Origin: the human T2T-CHM13v2.0 reference genome, Homo sapiens
Reading direction: 5' to 3' (one strand)
Length of the DNA stretch: 64,000 nt
NCBI RefSeq assembly: GCF_009914755.1
Contig: NC_060925.1
The notes under the pieces were generated by a model. It was not told where the DNA came from and ran no database searches. It worked only from the letters and a program-made list of their open reading frames with translations. Positions 1 through 22,677 of the stretch are shown here, piece by piece (position 1 is the stretch's first letter; the number at the start of each line of letters is the position of its first letter). Position numbers and translations under genes: made by a program.

Positions 1-423
1 TACCACCACCATCGCTACAATCACCACCACCACCACCTCTACCACCATTGCTACCATCACCACCACCACCAACACCACTACCACCAGCATCACCACCACT
101 ACCACCATCGCTACCATCACCACCACTACCATCACCACCACCACCATCACCATCACTACCATCACCACCACCACCACCATCACCATCACCACCACCACCA
201 CCATCACCACCACTACCATCACCACCACCATCACCACCATCACCACCACTACCACCCCTGCCACAGCCACCACCACCACCATCACCACCATCACCACCAC
301 CACCACCACCACCAATACCACTACCATCACCACCATCACCACTGCCACCACCACCACTACCATCACCACCACCACCACCACCACCATCACCACCATCACC
401 ACCACCACCACCACCACTACCAT
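1..423 (+). repeat. Degenerate (CAC/CAT/TAC)n trinucleotide array, open at the window start
   Basis: Continuous caccaccaccatcaccaccactac units. Confidence 0.95.
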
Positions 424-3067
424 CCTCAGCATTCACTGGACATTCCAGTCCTGGCCCTAGTCACAGAGAGGAACAGTAACAGGGTCTCACCAGAGCCTTG
501 CCATGCAGAAAGCTGACAGTTGGAAAATGCAGAAAGTAGGGCTCCCAGTTAATGGCAGTGAGGTGTGAAGGAAAGGACACAGGCTTTGAAGCCAAACACG
601 GCTGAGTGTGAATCCCAGCTCTGCTCCTTACAACCTGAGTGACCATGGCCCCTCTGAGTTTAGTGCTTACTTCTGTGCCTGGAGCATGTAAGTCCTTCAG
701 TCAACAGTGACTGCAGATGGGGTGGAGGGTGGGCAGCAGGGCGGGTGACTACAGCTGGAACAGGCTCAGTCCCTGGGGACCACGTGCTGCACCTCAACCA
801 GTGGTCCCCAGAGGTGAAGTTGTTCGAGGTCCCTCCTGAGTGTGCAAAGTGAGGACTGTAGTGGAGAAGGCGGGGGGCTCAAGTCTCCCAGGAGCTGCCT
901 CTCTCTACCCCAATCTGTGCTCGAATCAGCTCCCTTCATGGCCTGAGAGTGGGAAATTCAGGGCACAGAAAAGCAAGGAGTGCTCTTCTCAGCAGGCTCA
1001 GAGCTGACAGAGAAGGGTTCCCGAGACAGAACAGATGCAGCTGTCCAGAGGACCTGGCATCATTCTCAGAACAGACATGCCAGGAAGTTTCTAAGTGAGG
1101 AGCCCCCAGGTGTGGAGGGACCTGTGCTCATCTCCTGAAGCTGTGAGGCCTTGTAGAGTCAGCAAATTGGCTGATGACCAGAGCAGACAAAGGCCTTGCC
1201 CAAGGTCACACAGCCATTGGCAGCAGAGCCAAGACTACAAACCTAGACTTCTGCTTCTTGAAGCAGGGCTGATGTAACTGGGTGTGGCCTTGCTACAGAT
1301 GACCACTCACTCCTTACATGCCTCCCTGCATCAGGCCTGGTGCCCAGTAAAGAAATGGATCAATGCATTGTCTCCAGAAAGCTTGTAGGCAGCTCTCCAG
1401 CAGCACTGGCCCGGCCTGGATGCAGTGTCACTTGCAAATACTACTTAAAGCACGTGTAGTGCCTTTCAGAGAAGCCATCAGCCAGGAGGCAGCCCTGTGA
1501 CTAGAATCAAGCCCAGATGCAGTCATTCCAAATGACAGAAAGAGAACAGCACTTGCTCACACTGACTGCAGATCTACGCAGTGCTCATCGGGAGTGGTGG
1601 GAGGTGCTGAAGTGTCCTCTAGTCTCCTGGCTTTTCATGACAGCCCTGTGAGGTAGAGAGAGCTGTCCCTATTCTGCAGATGTGGACACTGAGCTAAGAG
1701 AGGCACAGTGACTTGCCCTCAGCCACACAGCTAGTAGGAGGTGACACCATATCACACTGAAGATCATCCTGCCCAGGCTTGCGGATTTAAACTTCCATGT
1801 TTTAAAGCATCTACGGATTTTATTAACTGTACCTTCCCTGCCTGTGGGCTCAAAAGATGGCCAGCAGAAGAAGCATAGTTTGCCTGAAGCAAACAGAAAA
1901 TAGTAAAAGTCAAGCTAAGGGAAAATAATCAGTCGGTCTGGGGGTTTGGAAGGATAGCTGTTGACAAGCAGGCAGTGGCAGGGTTGGGGAGGGCCAGGGA
2001 GGCTCCAGGGAATGGGGGTGCCTGGCCTGGGCTTTGAAGATGAAGAAGGGGAAATGGCCCTGCAGGTGGAGGGGATGGCAGGAGCAAAGGCACAGAGGCA
2101 GGGATGCTTGGGATCCACCGAGGGAATGGCTTGGCTGGTAGAGCGAGGAGCCCGAGGAGGTGGCCTGGGGCCAAGGCAGCCTCCGGCACTCTGGAGGGAC
2201 CTGGGGACCAGCACAGACTCCTGCTGGGCCAGGCGTTAGGGCCAACCATGTGGCAGAGTTATAGCAATACCAGGCTTTGGGGATTTATTTAAAAAAGCCC
2301 ACAGAGCATTTATAATTTACAATAATTGACAATAATTTTCATGTATTCATTGCCACTCTCCCCTCACAAAAGTGAGATGAGTGATGTGGCCTCTTCCATT
2401 TGATGGAAAAGAAGCAGATATCCTTTCCTCCACACTCCACGGACACCTTCCACCTGACCATGGGCTCCCAGGCCCCTCCCAGGCTGCCCACTGCTTCCCC
2501 TCCTCTCTGGCCATCCCCCACTCCAGCCTCCCTAGCACCCCTTTCCTGCACGGTGCTAATGCTCTGTCCAGCCTCCGACCTTTGACCCTGCCAGTTCCTC
2601 CAGATGGAACAATCCTCCCTCCCCTTCCATCCCCATGCCTTTGTTAACTGCCCCAATCCTCAGACCTCAGCTCGAATGCCAGGTCCTCAGAGGTGCTTTC
2701 TGAGCCTTCTGTGACCCTCCCATTCAATGGCCTCATGTGCAAAGCAGTCCAGGAGGTGCCAGAACTGGGCTGCAGGACTCAGACAAGCTAATGTGTGTAT
2801 GTGTGTGTTGAGCATTGACATGTCCCAAGCACCATGCAGTCCTTAGAATGACACATGCTGTGGTAGCGATCACTCTCCCCACCCTGCAGATGAGAAAGGG
2901 ATTCACAGGGGCATTAAGTAACTTGCCCATGACCACATGCCTGCGCTCTTGGCTCCCAGCCACTCCTGCCTTCATCCTGTCCTGCCAGCTTCCTCCAGGT
3001 GCTCTGCAACCTCAGCTTTGTGTGTCTGTCTGGGCTCCAAGCTGCTCATACTGCACTTTTTTAAGCA

Positions 3068-3127
3068 ACTCTTTTTAAAATTGTGGTAACAAATACACAA
3101 CCTAAAATGTACCACTTGAACCATTTT
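3068..3127 (-). mobile_element. 3' terminal piece of an old L1M (L1MB-like), continued at 10231
   Basis: tttttaaaattgtggtaacaaatacacaacctaaaatgtaccacttgaaccatttt joins seamlessly to aagtgtgcagttcagtggtattaagtacattcac at ~10243. Confidence 0.8.
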
Positions 3128-3130
3128 GGG

Positions 3131-10230
<7,100 letters not shown>

Positions 10231-11700
10231 TGAACCATTTTTAAGTGTGCAGTTCAGTGGTATTAAGTACATTCACATTGTTGTGCAACCATTACCACCA
10301 TCCAGCTCCACGACTGTCCAGCTCCAGAAAAATTTCCATTTTCCAAACGGAAACTTTGTATCTGTTAAACACTCACTCCCCATCTCCTCCTTCCTCCAAG
10401 ACCTGGCATCCACCACTCTCCTTTCTATCTATGGATACGACTAGTCTATGTACCCCATATCAGTGAAATCATACAGTATCTGTCCTTTTTCGTGACTGGC
10501 TTAGTTCACGCAGCATGGTGTCCTCAAGGTTCATCCACATGTGGCAGGTATCAGAATGTCCTTCCATGTTAAGGTTGAGTGGTATTTCATTGCATGACTA
10601 GAACGTATTTTGTTTATCTGTTTATCCATCAGTGGACACTGGGGTTGCTTCCAGCTTTTGACTATTGTGAATAATGCTGCTGAACACAGGTGTACAAATA
10701 TCTGAGTTCCTGATTTCGGTATTGGTGGTATGTACTTGGATGTGGAATTGCTAGATCATATGGTAATTCTATGTTTGTGATTTTTGAAGAACTACCATAC
10801 CGTTTTTCGCAGCGGCTGCACCATTTCACGCTCCCACCAGCAGTGTACAAAGGTTCCAATTTCTCCACATCCTTCTCAACACTTATTTTCCATGTTTTTG
10901 ATAATAGCCCTCCTAGAGGGTGTGAAGTAGTATCTCATTGTAGTTTGGACTTTTATTTCCCTCATGATTAGTGAGGTTGAATGTCTTTTCATGTGATGAT
11001 TGGCCATTTGTATATCTTGTTTGGAGAAATGTCCATTCATGCTTTTTGGCTATTTTTAAAATTGGGTTTTTGGATTGAGGTTGTTGTTGTTGAGTTGTAG
11101 GAGTTCTTTACATATTCTGGATATCAAGCCCTTATCAAATATATGATTTGCAAATATTTTCTCCCATTCCCAGGGTTGCCTTTTCATTCTGTTGATAGTG
11201 TCCTTTAATGAATAAAAGTTTTAAATTTTGATGAAGTCCAAACTTATCTATTTTTTCTTTTGTTGCCTATGCTTGGTGTTGTATCCAAGAAATCATTGCC
11301 AAATCCAATTTCATGAAGTTCTTCCCTTATGTTTTCTCCTAAGAGTTTTATTATAGTTTTAGCTCTCACCTTTAGGTCTTTGATCCATTTTGAGTTCATT
11401 TCTGTATATGGTGTAAGGTATGAGTCCAACTTCACCTTTTGCATGTGGATATTCTGCTTTTGCATCATTCCTTGGAAAGACTTTCTTTCCCCATTGAATA
11501 GCCTTGGCAACCTTGCTGAAAATCATTTGACCATATTTGCTAGGGTTTATTTCTGGGCTCTCTGTTGTATTCCACTGAACTATATTTCTGTCTTGTGTCA
11601 GTACCACACTGTTTCAATTACTGTATTTTTGTAGTAAGTTTTGAAATCAGGAAGTGTGAGAGCTGCAACATTGTCCTCTTGCAAGATTGTTTTGGTGGTT
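10231..11700 (-). mobile_element. Old L1M (L1MB-like) 3'UTR and ORF2 end
   Basis: Degenerate ORF2 C-terminal peptides (11244..11510, 11359..11607) and typical 3'UTR. Right boundary approximate. Confidence 0.85.
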
Positions 11701-14404
11701 CAAGGTCCCTTGCTTTTCATCTGCTTGTTCACTGTTATACCCCCAACACCTACAACAGTTGGCACCCAATTAATATTTGATGAATGAAAAGTAAACTATC
11801 TATGGCATCTGTGTCATGTGCTAGGTATTAGGGACCAAGACCAATCCGCTCTGGTCCCTGCCTTTAAGGAGTGACACCCTGGGAGGAGGTGGCTGGATAA
11901 ACTGCTGGCTGAACAAAACAGCAGTGTGTTTGATGACAGAATGCACAAGTTCAGAGGGACACAGAGGTGGGCAGGTTGACTCTGATGGAGGGGTGGGTAT
12001 GGGTGCGGAGGGAGATGAGGGCAGTTTCCCAGAGGGTGAAAACACTGCACTGGGCTTTGAAGAGTTTACTAGGTAGAAAATGGGGTAGGGGCACCTGCAC
12101 AGAGGGATAGAGTGTGCAAAGGCATTGGGGAATGAAGGCGCAGGCTCTGGAAGGAAGCAACCAGCCTGGAGTCACCTTTGGGGGGATGGCAGGGAGTGGG
12201 GTGGTGAGGTTGAGGAGTGATGGGCAGGGAACCCAACCTGTGGGGCCCAGAGCCTCGTCTCTCTCCAGGGGTGGGGGGCAGAGGGGCAGCCCCAGAGGGC
12301 TTGACTTCTCCCATCTATTACAGAGGGTGTGCCGGGCACCCAGGTCAGCTGACCCAGTGGTTTTGGGGAAGAAAGAGAATAAAGGACAAAGAGTAAGATC
12401 TTGTTTCAACGGTGACCCCAGGGTTTGGCTTTGCCACTGGGGAGAGATTCACAGCCAGCGCTTGGTGAGGCATGGCGAGAACCCCCACCCAGCGAGGGCT
12501 CCTCACTTGCACTGAGAAAACAAGCCCTGCAAGCCTCACAGTGGCCTCACAGTAGTGAGGTAGGCGCTGTTCTCTCCCAGCTTACAGACGAACAAATGGA
12601 GCTACACGGAGGTGGAGGAATGTGCCCAGCGAACAGTAAGTGGCAGAGCTGGGATTGAACTGGGCACTCTGGCAACTGAGGCACCTATTTCTTTCCTGGG
12701 CCCCCATTTCCTCCTAAGTGAAAGGGGAGGGAGTGGCCTCTCAGGTGCCCCACCTCCTCCCTGTGAGTCCTCAGGAGAGGGATGATGCCCCCCGGCCCAG
12801 GCAGCATTGGGAACATTGGAGCATGCCCTATGCTGGACGGCCAGTCCTATCTGCAGAGCCTGTTGGAGCCCAGCCACCTCCTCACTCCTGGACCTTCCTG
12901 CTCTGGACCTAGAACTTGATTCCCATCCAGGTGTCTCATGGTTAGACTGGCGTAAGCTACAACCCTCAGGAAAATCACAGAGCTTAGAGCCTGGTCCTGA
13001 GCTCGCCAGCTACACAGCCCCAGAAACTTCTGAGGGGAGCCCTGGGGAGATGAGGATTTGGGGAAGCCTAGATGCTAGATCTGCTGACATTCTGAAAGTT
13101 TGTAGGAGCTTGACTCCTCCTCTTTGTGACAGGGTAGCTCCTCTTCCTTTTGTGTCAGCCTGCACCCCTCCTGGCCTGCTCTTGGGGGAACATGGCCCCT
13201 GAAGACTCCACCCTGGGATTCAGGCTGAATAATGCTCACATTGCAGAGGAGCTTCCCTCGGCCTCCAGGCCCTTGTCAGCTGCCTCCATTCCTTGTCACT
13301 TTCCCTGGGGATGCAGGGGAGGTGCCCAGCCTACCCTTGGCTCTAGTCTCTAAAAACTTTGTCCAGCCCCCTGGCTGGCCACATTTGGCCCAGTCTGCCA
13401 ACTGCACCTGCCAGCTGGTCACAAGGCCTAACCCATAGCCTGGCTTCTCCCTGGCTGCCGTAGGCTCTTTTTGGCTCTCATGTGCAGCCCTGTCAGCTGT
13501 CACCACATTCTTGGGAGCCTGCCTGCCCAGTAAGCCTGTCCCACTCCATGCTGCCCCACTCCAAGACTGCTCTGTCTTCTGCTGGCTGCTGGGCCCCAGC
13601 ACACACCTCCCTTGACTCTCTTGACAGCTGGGCCTGTCCATCTTGGGCCTGCCAGCCACTCATGTCAACAGATGACCCCATCCATAGCACAGATCCAAAA
13701 TTCCGCTTGGAGCTTTGGCCCCGCTGCCTCCTTTGGTCCAAGGCCTTTCACCACCTCTCCTGGCCTCAGCAGACTCCACTTGTCCAGAAGTCTGCCTGGC
13801 TGGCTCCCAATGCCCTCTGTCTCTTTTAAAGTCTTCCCTCAATTCCTGGCTTCCCTGGTCCCCCTTCTTCTGAGTCGTGCTGTATTATCATTTAAGGTTT
13901 TTATTTAGAAACATCACAAACATACAGGAACATTTTTATCCTGAACCATCTGAGAGCAAGTTGCAACCCAATGTCCATTTCCCCTGAATTCATCAGTGTG
14001 TATTTCCTATAGCCGAGGCCACCCCAGGCCTCCCTGGCAGGACACTTTCCTCCTTTGCTCAGGATCTGTCTCCACGGAGGGATGCCCCTCTCAACCTGCT
14101 TGGAATCCTCTGGGGCTGAATATCCCTCTGCAAGGGAGCCGAAGGCACATTAGGTTTCCAACCTGATCCCACCACCACACCATCTCCTTGCCATCAAGAC
14201 AGCCATGGAAGGATGGCACATGCTTTTGTGTACACTTATCACATGTTGCCTCCTACTTCCTTCCTCCTGTTGGCATATACTAAGCGGGGGTCAAGATGCT
14301 GGCTTCCATCATTAACATGCCATGTTAATGCCTCCCTGGGCTACAGTTTCCTTACTGGCAAATGAGGAATTACGATTAAGTGATTTCTGAGGATTCTTTT
14401 CTAA

Positions 14405-14640
14405 TAATAACAGCTGAGTTTTATGAAGCACTTACTATGTGCCACGTACCGTGAGTACTTCATAGGTAGCATCTTGGTTAATTCTCATACCAACCCTCTA
14501 AGATATAATCACAGTACTGTTATCTCCATCTTACAGACTGGGAAACCAAGGCACAGAGCAGTTACATAACTTATGCTCAGGCAGCCACTCAGAGATTCTA
14601 GATTTTCATGCAGGTGGTCCAGTTCAGAGTTTATACTCTG
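14405..14640 (-). mobile_element. MIR
   Basis: MIR core ccatcttacagactgggaaaccaaggcacagag. Boundaries approximate. Confidence 0.65.
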
Positions 14641-16113
14641 CTGAAAAGTAATGGGGGCAGGGGGTGGCACTATCCGGAATTTATTATTTGCCTGAAGAGG
14701 CAATCAGAGAAGTAAATATTGATAATTCAGAAAAAGAGGTCAACTTTCTACATGCCAAGTACATTACACACAAATGCCATTTCACTTAATCTGCAACAAC
14801 TTTGAGACACAGCACTATGATTATTCTCATTTTCTAGATGAGAAGACTGAGCCAGAGAGGTTAAACAACTTTTGTGTGAGGCGCAGGGCCAGGATTTGAA
14901 CCCAGGTGTGCTGTTGTCACCTAGTGCTAAACTGGGACACATGCCATGCTCAGAGGGCAGGTCTTCAAGGATGCAGGTCATTGGCTGTGACTGGCAACGG
15001 GGTTGGGGGCAGAGTACCAGGCCCTGGGCAACTGTTTCATGCATCTGATTTCATTTTATACTCCCAGCACTCCCGAGAAGCACCTCCACCCACAGAGCAG
15101 GGAAAGACACTCAGCCACACTAAGCAGGGAAGATGTGGCTGGAGCTTCATGCACCCTTGGGATGCGGCCAGGCTGGAAAACCTCTGGCACCGACTCACAG
15201 AGGACCTCATTGCCTCCCGGGGCCAGGACTTCACCCCGTGGACTGCAAGGAACTGCTGAAGCTGCTGGGTTGGGTCTCCTTTCTTCATACACCACAGCGG
15301 AGGCCCCTCCTCCAAGAGACTCCAGGCTGTGGGTAGAGAGGTGCTTTCTCTCTCATCCAGGCCTCTGAGGCCAGAGCACCCTCTGGAGACTTGGCATCTC
15401 CTTTGTGCTCCTCACCTCACCTGCAGGTGTTCCAGCAAGCTGATACCCAGCTCTGGGCTCTGGAAGGAAAGAATTCCCAGCAGATGCCTCACCTCAAACC
15501 AGGGTACACGGCCACGGTCCTGCCCAATAAGAAGCATCCTGCAGCAAGCTCAGATGAGGTCCTTTGACCTTCAAGGAAGATCAGCTTCCTCCTTATGGAG
15601 ACAAGGCTTGAAGGAGCCTGCATAGCTCCCTCACCCAGGCCTTTTCGGTAGACTCTCTCTGAGCAGCAGCTCCCAGGATTTAGTGCCAAGCTCTGCTGTT
15701 TCCAGAGCTGGAAAGACCCTGCACATTCACATCTGGACAAGCCAGAGATAGTTCATCCAAACCACATGGCAATCATTCATTTCATGGAAGAGAAACTCAC
15801 AAAGAGCAATTGCAGAGCTAGTAATGGCAGCTGGGACTCAAACCCCAGTCCTCCAGACTCTACAGCCCAAGCCTCATTCTTACATCTTCCAATTGCAAAT
15901 GAGAAAACTGTGACCCAGAAAGGGTCACACAAAGTCTCCAGCTCCACGGCTCACACCACATGACCTCCCTCCCTGCAGAAGACCTCATTTCAAACAATGC
16001 CCGAAGATGGAAAAGGTAAAATGTTCTTGTGATTTGCAGCTAAGAAAATTCAGGTGGACCCACACTGAACCCCATTCTCAGACACTCCATCTGTCCAACA
16101 ATCCATATGTCAC

Positions 16114-16420
16114 TTTTTTTTTTTTGAGACAGGGTATCACTGTCACCCAGGCTGGAGTGCAGTGATGTGATCATGGCTTACTGCAACCTTGACCTCCTGG
16201 GCTCAAGCAATTCTCCTGCCTCAGCCTCCTGAGTAGCTGGGACTATAGGCACACACTACCATGCCCAGCTAATTTTTTTTTTTTTTTTGTAGAGACAAGG
16301 CTTTACCACGTTGCCCAGGCTGGTCTCAAACTCCTGCCATGGTCTCCCAAAGTGCTGGGATCCACCTGCCATGATCTCCCAAAGTGCTGGGATTACAGGT
16401 GTGAGGCACCATGCCTGACC
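16114..16420 (-). mobile_element. AluJ-like with internal duplication
   Basis: Alu body with TSD-like ccatatgtcacttt / ccatattcacttt. Confidence 0.9.
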
Positions 16421-17088
16421 CATATTCACTTTGCATTTTAGTTTTCATTGTTACTGTGCATGGGTCAATGCATTTACAGAGTTGGTGCAGACTTTTCTCT
16501 CTTCTATGATGTGCCGTCCACACATGGCCACCAAAGACACACAAAGACAGCATCTCTCTCCTCCTTGGGCAGAAAGACCACCTTAGCCTGAAGAAAATCA
16601 GAATCACGCTAGTGGAGGCAAGGAAGAAAGAAGAGGGAAGGAAGGAAAGAACTATGAAGGAGGAAGGAAGACTCCCTTTGCTGAACACTTGTATACTTTC
16701 TGTATGCTGGACCTGGGATAAACAAGCCCATGTTATCTTACTATTAGTTCTCAAAAGGACCCTGGAAACGGGTGTCATTATCTCTATTTAGATGAAGAAA
16801 CTAAGGTTCAAAGAGCAAAGGAACTGGCCAGTAATTACTGGAAGTGAGGCTAGAATTTGACTCTGAATCAGTTCAAAGCCCAAAGACTTTCTACAACACT
16901 GTCAGGTTCCCACCTGTGCCTCCAAGTCCTAGAAGTTCAGGGAAGTGCCAATAGGCTCCTGGGGTCTGGGGGTGGGGCTGAGAGGGTGACCTTTCTTGAA
17001 GAGTTCTTTGGAAGAATGGGCTGCATGGCTAAAATATATTTGAATACCACCTTACAGGCAGTCTTTAATTAAAGATAGTGGGAAAAAC

Positions 17089-17230
17089 TTTCTTCCTTTT
17101 CTTTTCCCTTTCCTTCCCTTCCTTCCTTCCTCTCTTTCTCCTTCCTCCCTTCCCTTCCCTTCCTTCCTTCCTTCCTTCCTTCTTTCCTTCTTTCCTTCTT
17201 TTCCTTCCTTCCTTCCTTCCTTCCTTCCTT

Positions 17231-17306
<76 letters not shown>

Positions 17307-17309
17307 TTT
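17089..17309 (+). repeat. Compound pyrimidine microsatellite (TTCC)n(TC)n(TTTC)n
   Basis: About 220 nt of pure C/T. Confidence 0.95.
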
Positions 17310-17704
17310 GGGTATAATAAACCTACAAGGAAGAGGGGAATGGGATAGGAGACTAACAGTAAACTTTTGGAAGCTGGAAAGAGATGAATGACTGGAAGAG
17401 ACAGAATCCCAAGCCTGCAGCAGGGAAATCTGGGAACCAATCTGATTTACATCCCAGGATCCCTCAAAGCCTCTGCAGGTTGGGGTGGAGGGAACCAAGG
17501 TAAGGACGATTGGTGGAAAGTCTTGTTAGAAGCTGTCAGACTCCCATCCCCGCCCCAACTCCAGCAGCTCAGGAGACTCTCCCCCCACCCACCCCAGAGA
17601 AAGCCTGGAGGTTTCTTCTCTGCACAAGTTGAAACTGAGCCCTTTTGAGGGGGGATGTCAGGCACAATGAGGGCATGGCAGGGGTGCCATAAAGAAATAG
17701 TGGG

Positions 17705-18129
<425 letters not shown>

Positions 18130-18249
18130 TTAACCAAGAGGGAGACTGAGTCTTCATAGGGATTGATTCTGCTCAAGAAGAAAGGCACCACTGTTGAAGA
18201 CTCCCCGACGAAACAGCCCCGGCAGTCAGCTATGGGGAACTCGCCGTCA

Positions 18250-19450
<1,201 letters not shown>

Positions 19451-20166
19451 ACCAAGGAAAAGGAAGACCCAAGGTTCTGGAAAGAGAAGACCCAACACAG
19501 GAGGCAGAGAGGACCTCCGGGAGTGGGTGGAGGGAGCTCGCTGGATGAGAGTGCACCACCATGGAGAGGGGAGCCCCGGGGCAGTCAGGAGCCACCAGAC
19601 AACTCAGCGGAGCCCCTGCCTCAGCAAGACAAGATGCACAGAGCGTCAGGTGCTGCTGAACATCTCCAATGTCTTGAGGGGAAATTTGGGTGAGGCGTGA
19701 ATCTGGGGTTGAATTAGTAACAAATGTATAGAAAACAAAGTGCAGTTAAGCACACATACATACAATGATTATACACAGTGAAAACAGGAAAGGAAAGTAA
19801 TCATGGTTTACTTTATGGCTTGGCTGTGAATTATTTATGATACAACACTAATGAGAGGATAGGGAGGTGGCCGGAGGTGGAATGCGAATGGCAAAGGCTT
19901 TGGAGCCTGCAGATAATGCTGAAGCTGAGAAGCCAAGTCATGGGCAACCCAAGCACATTATGTAGAGATATGGCAAACCAAGACAATCTGCCAAAAGAGA
20001 TGAAAGGTACTGCTTCTGGGAGTGGTGACCGGTGGGTGGGTGGGGGTTGGGCAGAGAGAAAATGTGGGGCAAAGAGAAAGAGTACTGCTGTTTCCCACAA
20101 CAAAATCTATGGAAATATTTGACTCTTTAAACTCCAGACATGTGTAACTTTGATAAAAACTGAAAG

Positions 20167-20207
<41 letters not shown>
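20167..20207 (+). repeat. (CA)n(GA)n microsatellite
   Basis: Direct reading. Confidence 0.95.
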
Positions 20208-20208
<1 letters not shown>

Positions 20209-21239
20209 GGCAAGCGAGCACATATGCCTCTGTTCTCTAAGAAGCTGCTTTACCCACAGGAGAGAGACAGAGAGAAGCCAGCTTCCTCCTGGGAGCCCAG
20301 CCTGATTCCCCAGGACAGAAACAGAGGCCAGGATCCAGGCAGACAGTGTCCAGGACCAGAGGATGCTACATCCTCGTTGTAGCTCTCAGGGGACTACCAG
20401 GGGCTGCCCGAGACCCCCCTACCCAGGAACCTAAGGCTGTACCCGCTTGAAAAAAAGTCTCCTTTTAAATTTTAATACGAGGCAAAGAGATCTTCCCTGA
20501 CAGGGCTCAGAGCTCTGGAAGGCTCTGGGTCCAGCATACTCAGACACTCAGTCTGCCCAATGATCAATATGTCTTTTTTCTTTCCACTTCGCTTTTCACA
20601 TTTTTTTTTAACCATCCATGACTTGGGTTTCACAGCACATCATCAGTTGTCTCTGATGACCGGAGTGAGTGTTCCCTGGGAAGTCCTTTGAGTCCTCAGA
20701 GGAAATCCAGAAGGCCAGCACAGTCACCCTAACTAGACCAACACAGGAGATTTTTCTTGAAGGATCATCTTTATGGAGTAACAACTTTTCCAAGAGTCTA
20801 AGTGATTTTCTGGGTACAGAAATTTTCCACTCTGGTTTCAAAATAGTCATTCACAAATGCATGGTGGGTGAAGACCTCAAGCCCATAGGTGGCCTGGAAT
20901 AGTGAAAAGAGGCCTGGAATGGGGCTGAGAGAATCCTCCCCACTGCCCACCCCCAAACCAGCATCCTCTCTTCCTCCTATCATGACCAGGGAAGTGTCTT
21001 CTTCTCATCAATGCCCCTGCAGGTCCCCAGGGCTTTGCTCCTGCCCCCTGCCCCTTCTCTCCTTGGCATCATCACCTGCCCCTTGCTAGAAGGCATTCCT
21101 TGCAGCAAACACACATGAGGACTTCTCAGTTCAAACACCTGTCTGCTCCAGCTCACACTCCCTCCAGGCACTGCTTCCCTGATTTGTGCTGCTTTCCTCC
21201 ACAGCCAGTCTCTTAGGACAACGCTTACACAGGCACCTC

Positions 21240-21960
21240 CACTCCTCATTTTGGCCCATACCATCAGGGTTCCATCACTATGGAAACAGCGCCCATCAGT
21301 CACCAGTCACCTGCACAGGGCCCTGTTGAATGGGCACGTGCCACATGCCTGTCCTCACCGGGCTGAGCCTCCTTCCTCCTTGAACATTCTCTTCTCTTGG
21401 CATCCAGGATTCACACTTGGCTGGGTCTCTTCCTGCTTCTCTGGCGATTCCTCCTCAATCTCTTCTGCAGCAGTTTGTCTGTCTGCCCTAGAAATGCTGG
21501 TATCCTGGGATCAGTCCTGGATGCCTTTTTCTTTTCTTTCTTCTCCATCTCCCCCAAGATGGCCCATCTTGGCCCATAGCACTAAATTGCATCTATACAC
21601 TGACAACTCTGAAGAGTGTATTCAGCCTCAGGCCTCTCCTCTGAGGGCCAGGCTCATCTATCCAATTGCCAAATGTCTCCCTGAACATCTCCACTTGGCC
21701 TGGCATCTCAAAAGTCACATGTCCAACAAGTTTTGATCTCCCTGTCCCCAGACCTATTTTTCACTTCCCTCCTCCATCCCTTCTCACCCCATAAAGGGCA
21801 CCACCATCTACTCAGTGGTTACTACAAGAAATACGGTAGTCAGTCTCAAGTGGAGGCTTCTCTCTCAGCCTCCATAGTCATCAGAAGTCCTATAGCTCCT
21901 CTTTCCATCTTCACTGCCATGTTCCTGGTCTAAACCATTGATGTCTCACCTGGGCTTTCA
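21240..21960 (+). mobile_element. L2 fragment
   Basis: C/T-rich L2-like motifs (catctatacactgacaactc, catctcaaaagtcacatgtccaa). Boundaries approximate. Confidence 0.55.
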
Positions 21961-22677
21961 GGATCCTGCTCTTCGTGCTGCCCTGACAACCACTACTCCT
22001 TCCCAAAGTCTGGGTTATATTCCCCAGGAGAGAGGGGGCAACAGGATTTGGAGGTATAAAGAAAAAGAGGAAATAGCCCAGCGTGGGCTCATGTGATGGG
22101 GGCTGGACACTTCACTCCCCAGCCCATTGGGCCATGCTCAGAGCTGCACATCTACATTTCTGGGGAGAAGCCTGAGAATTAAAGAGAGAGCAAGGTGCTG
22201 GGCCTCAGGGATAAGGCAGGGCCCTGATAGCCTAGACCCACCCCAGAAGAAGAGCAGCCCCTCACCCAGAGCTGAGAACGTAGGACCCATTTTCTCGGCT
22301 TCTAGAACACAAAGGGCTCTGCTCAGAGAAGGCCCTGGCCTGGGAGCTGGCCCACGAGCCATCCCTTTCTGGCATTATGTATTTCATTTTTACCTTGAAC
22401 ACCTGCAGAGCAGAATGGTCTGCAAGGAAGAGTCCTTGGCTCCCAACCCCAGAGCCTGCCCCATAACAGAGGCCATCTGACTTCACCTTCCCCAGACCAA
22501 GCCTGCCTTCAGGCTGATGGATGGGTTCTCACTGGCCTGGTTTCGCCTTCGTTGTGTCCTTGATCCTTCCTGAGACCCAGAGTCTCAATTCTGTTCCCAG
22601 ATTCTAAGAGCTGCAGAGTTCAGGGACCTGCCCTCTCACCCAAGGTCTCAGTCAATCCTGAGCACATTGGAGGAAGA

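Noticed and set aside
48-479. 143-aa poly-Pro/Ser ORF
   Set aside because: Translation of the trinucleotide array; non-ATG start and no exon signals.
950-960. kappaB-like site (gggaaattca) suggesting HIVEP3 autoregulation
   Set aside because: An imperfect single match of the kind expected by chance in 64 kb.
17052-17498. Arg/Glu/Lys-rich and Phe/Leu/Ser-rich ORFs
   Set aside because: Microsatellite translations.
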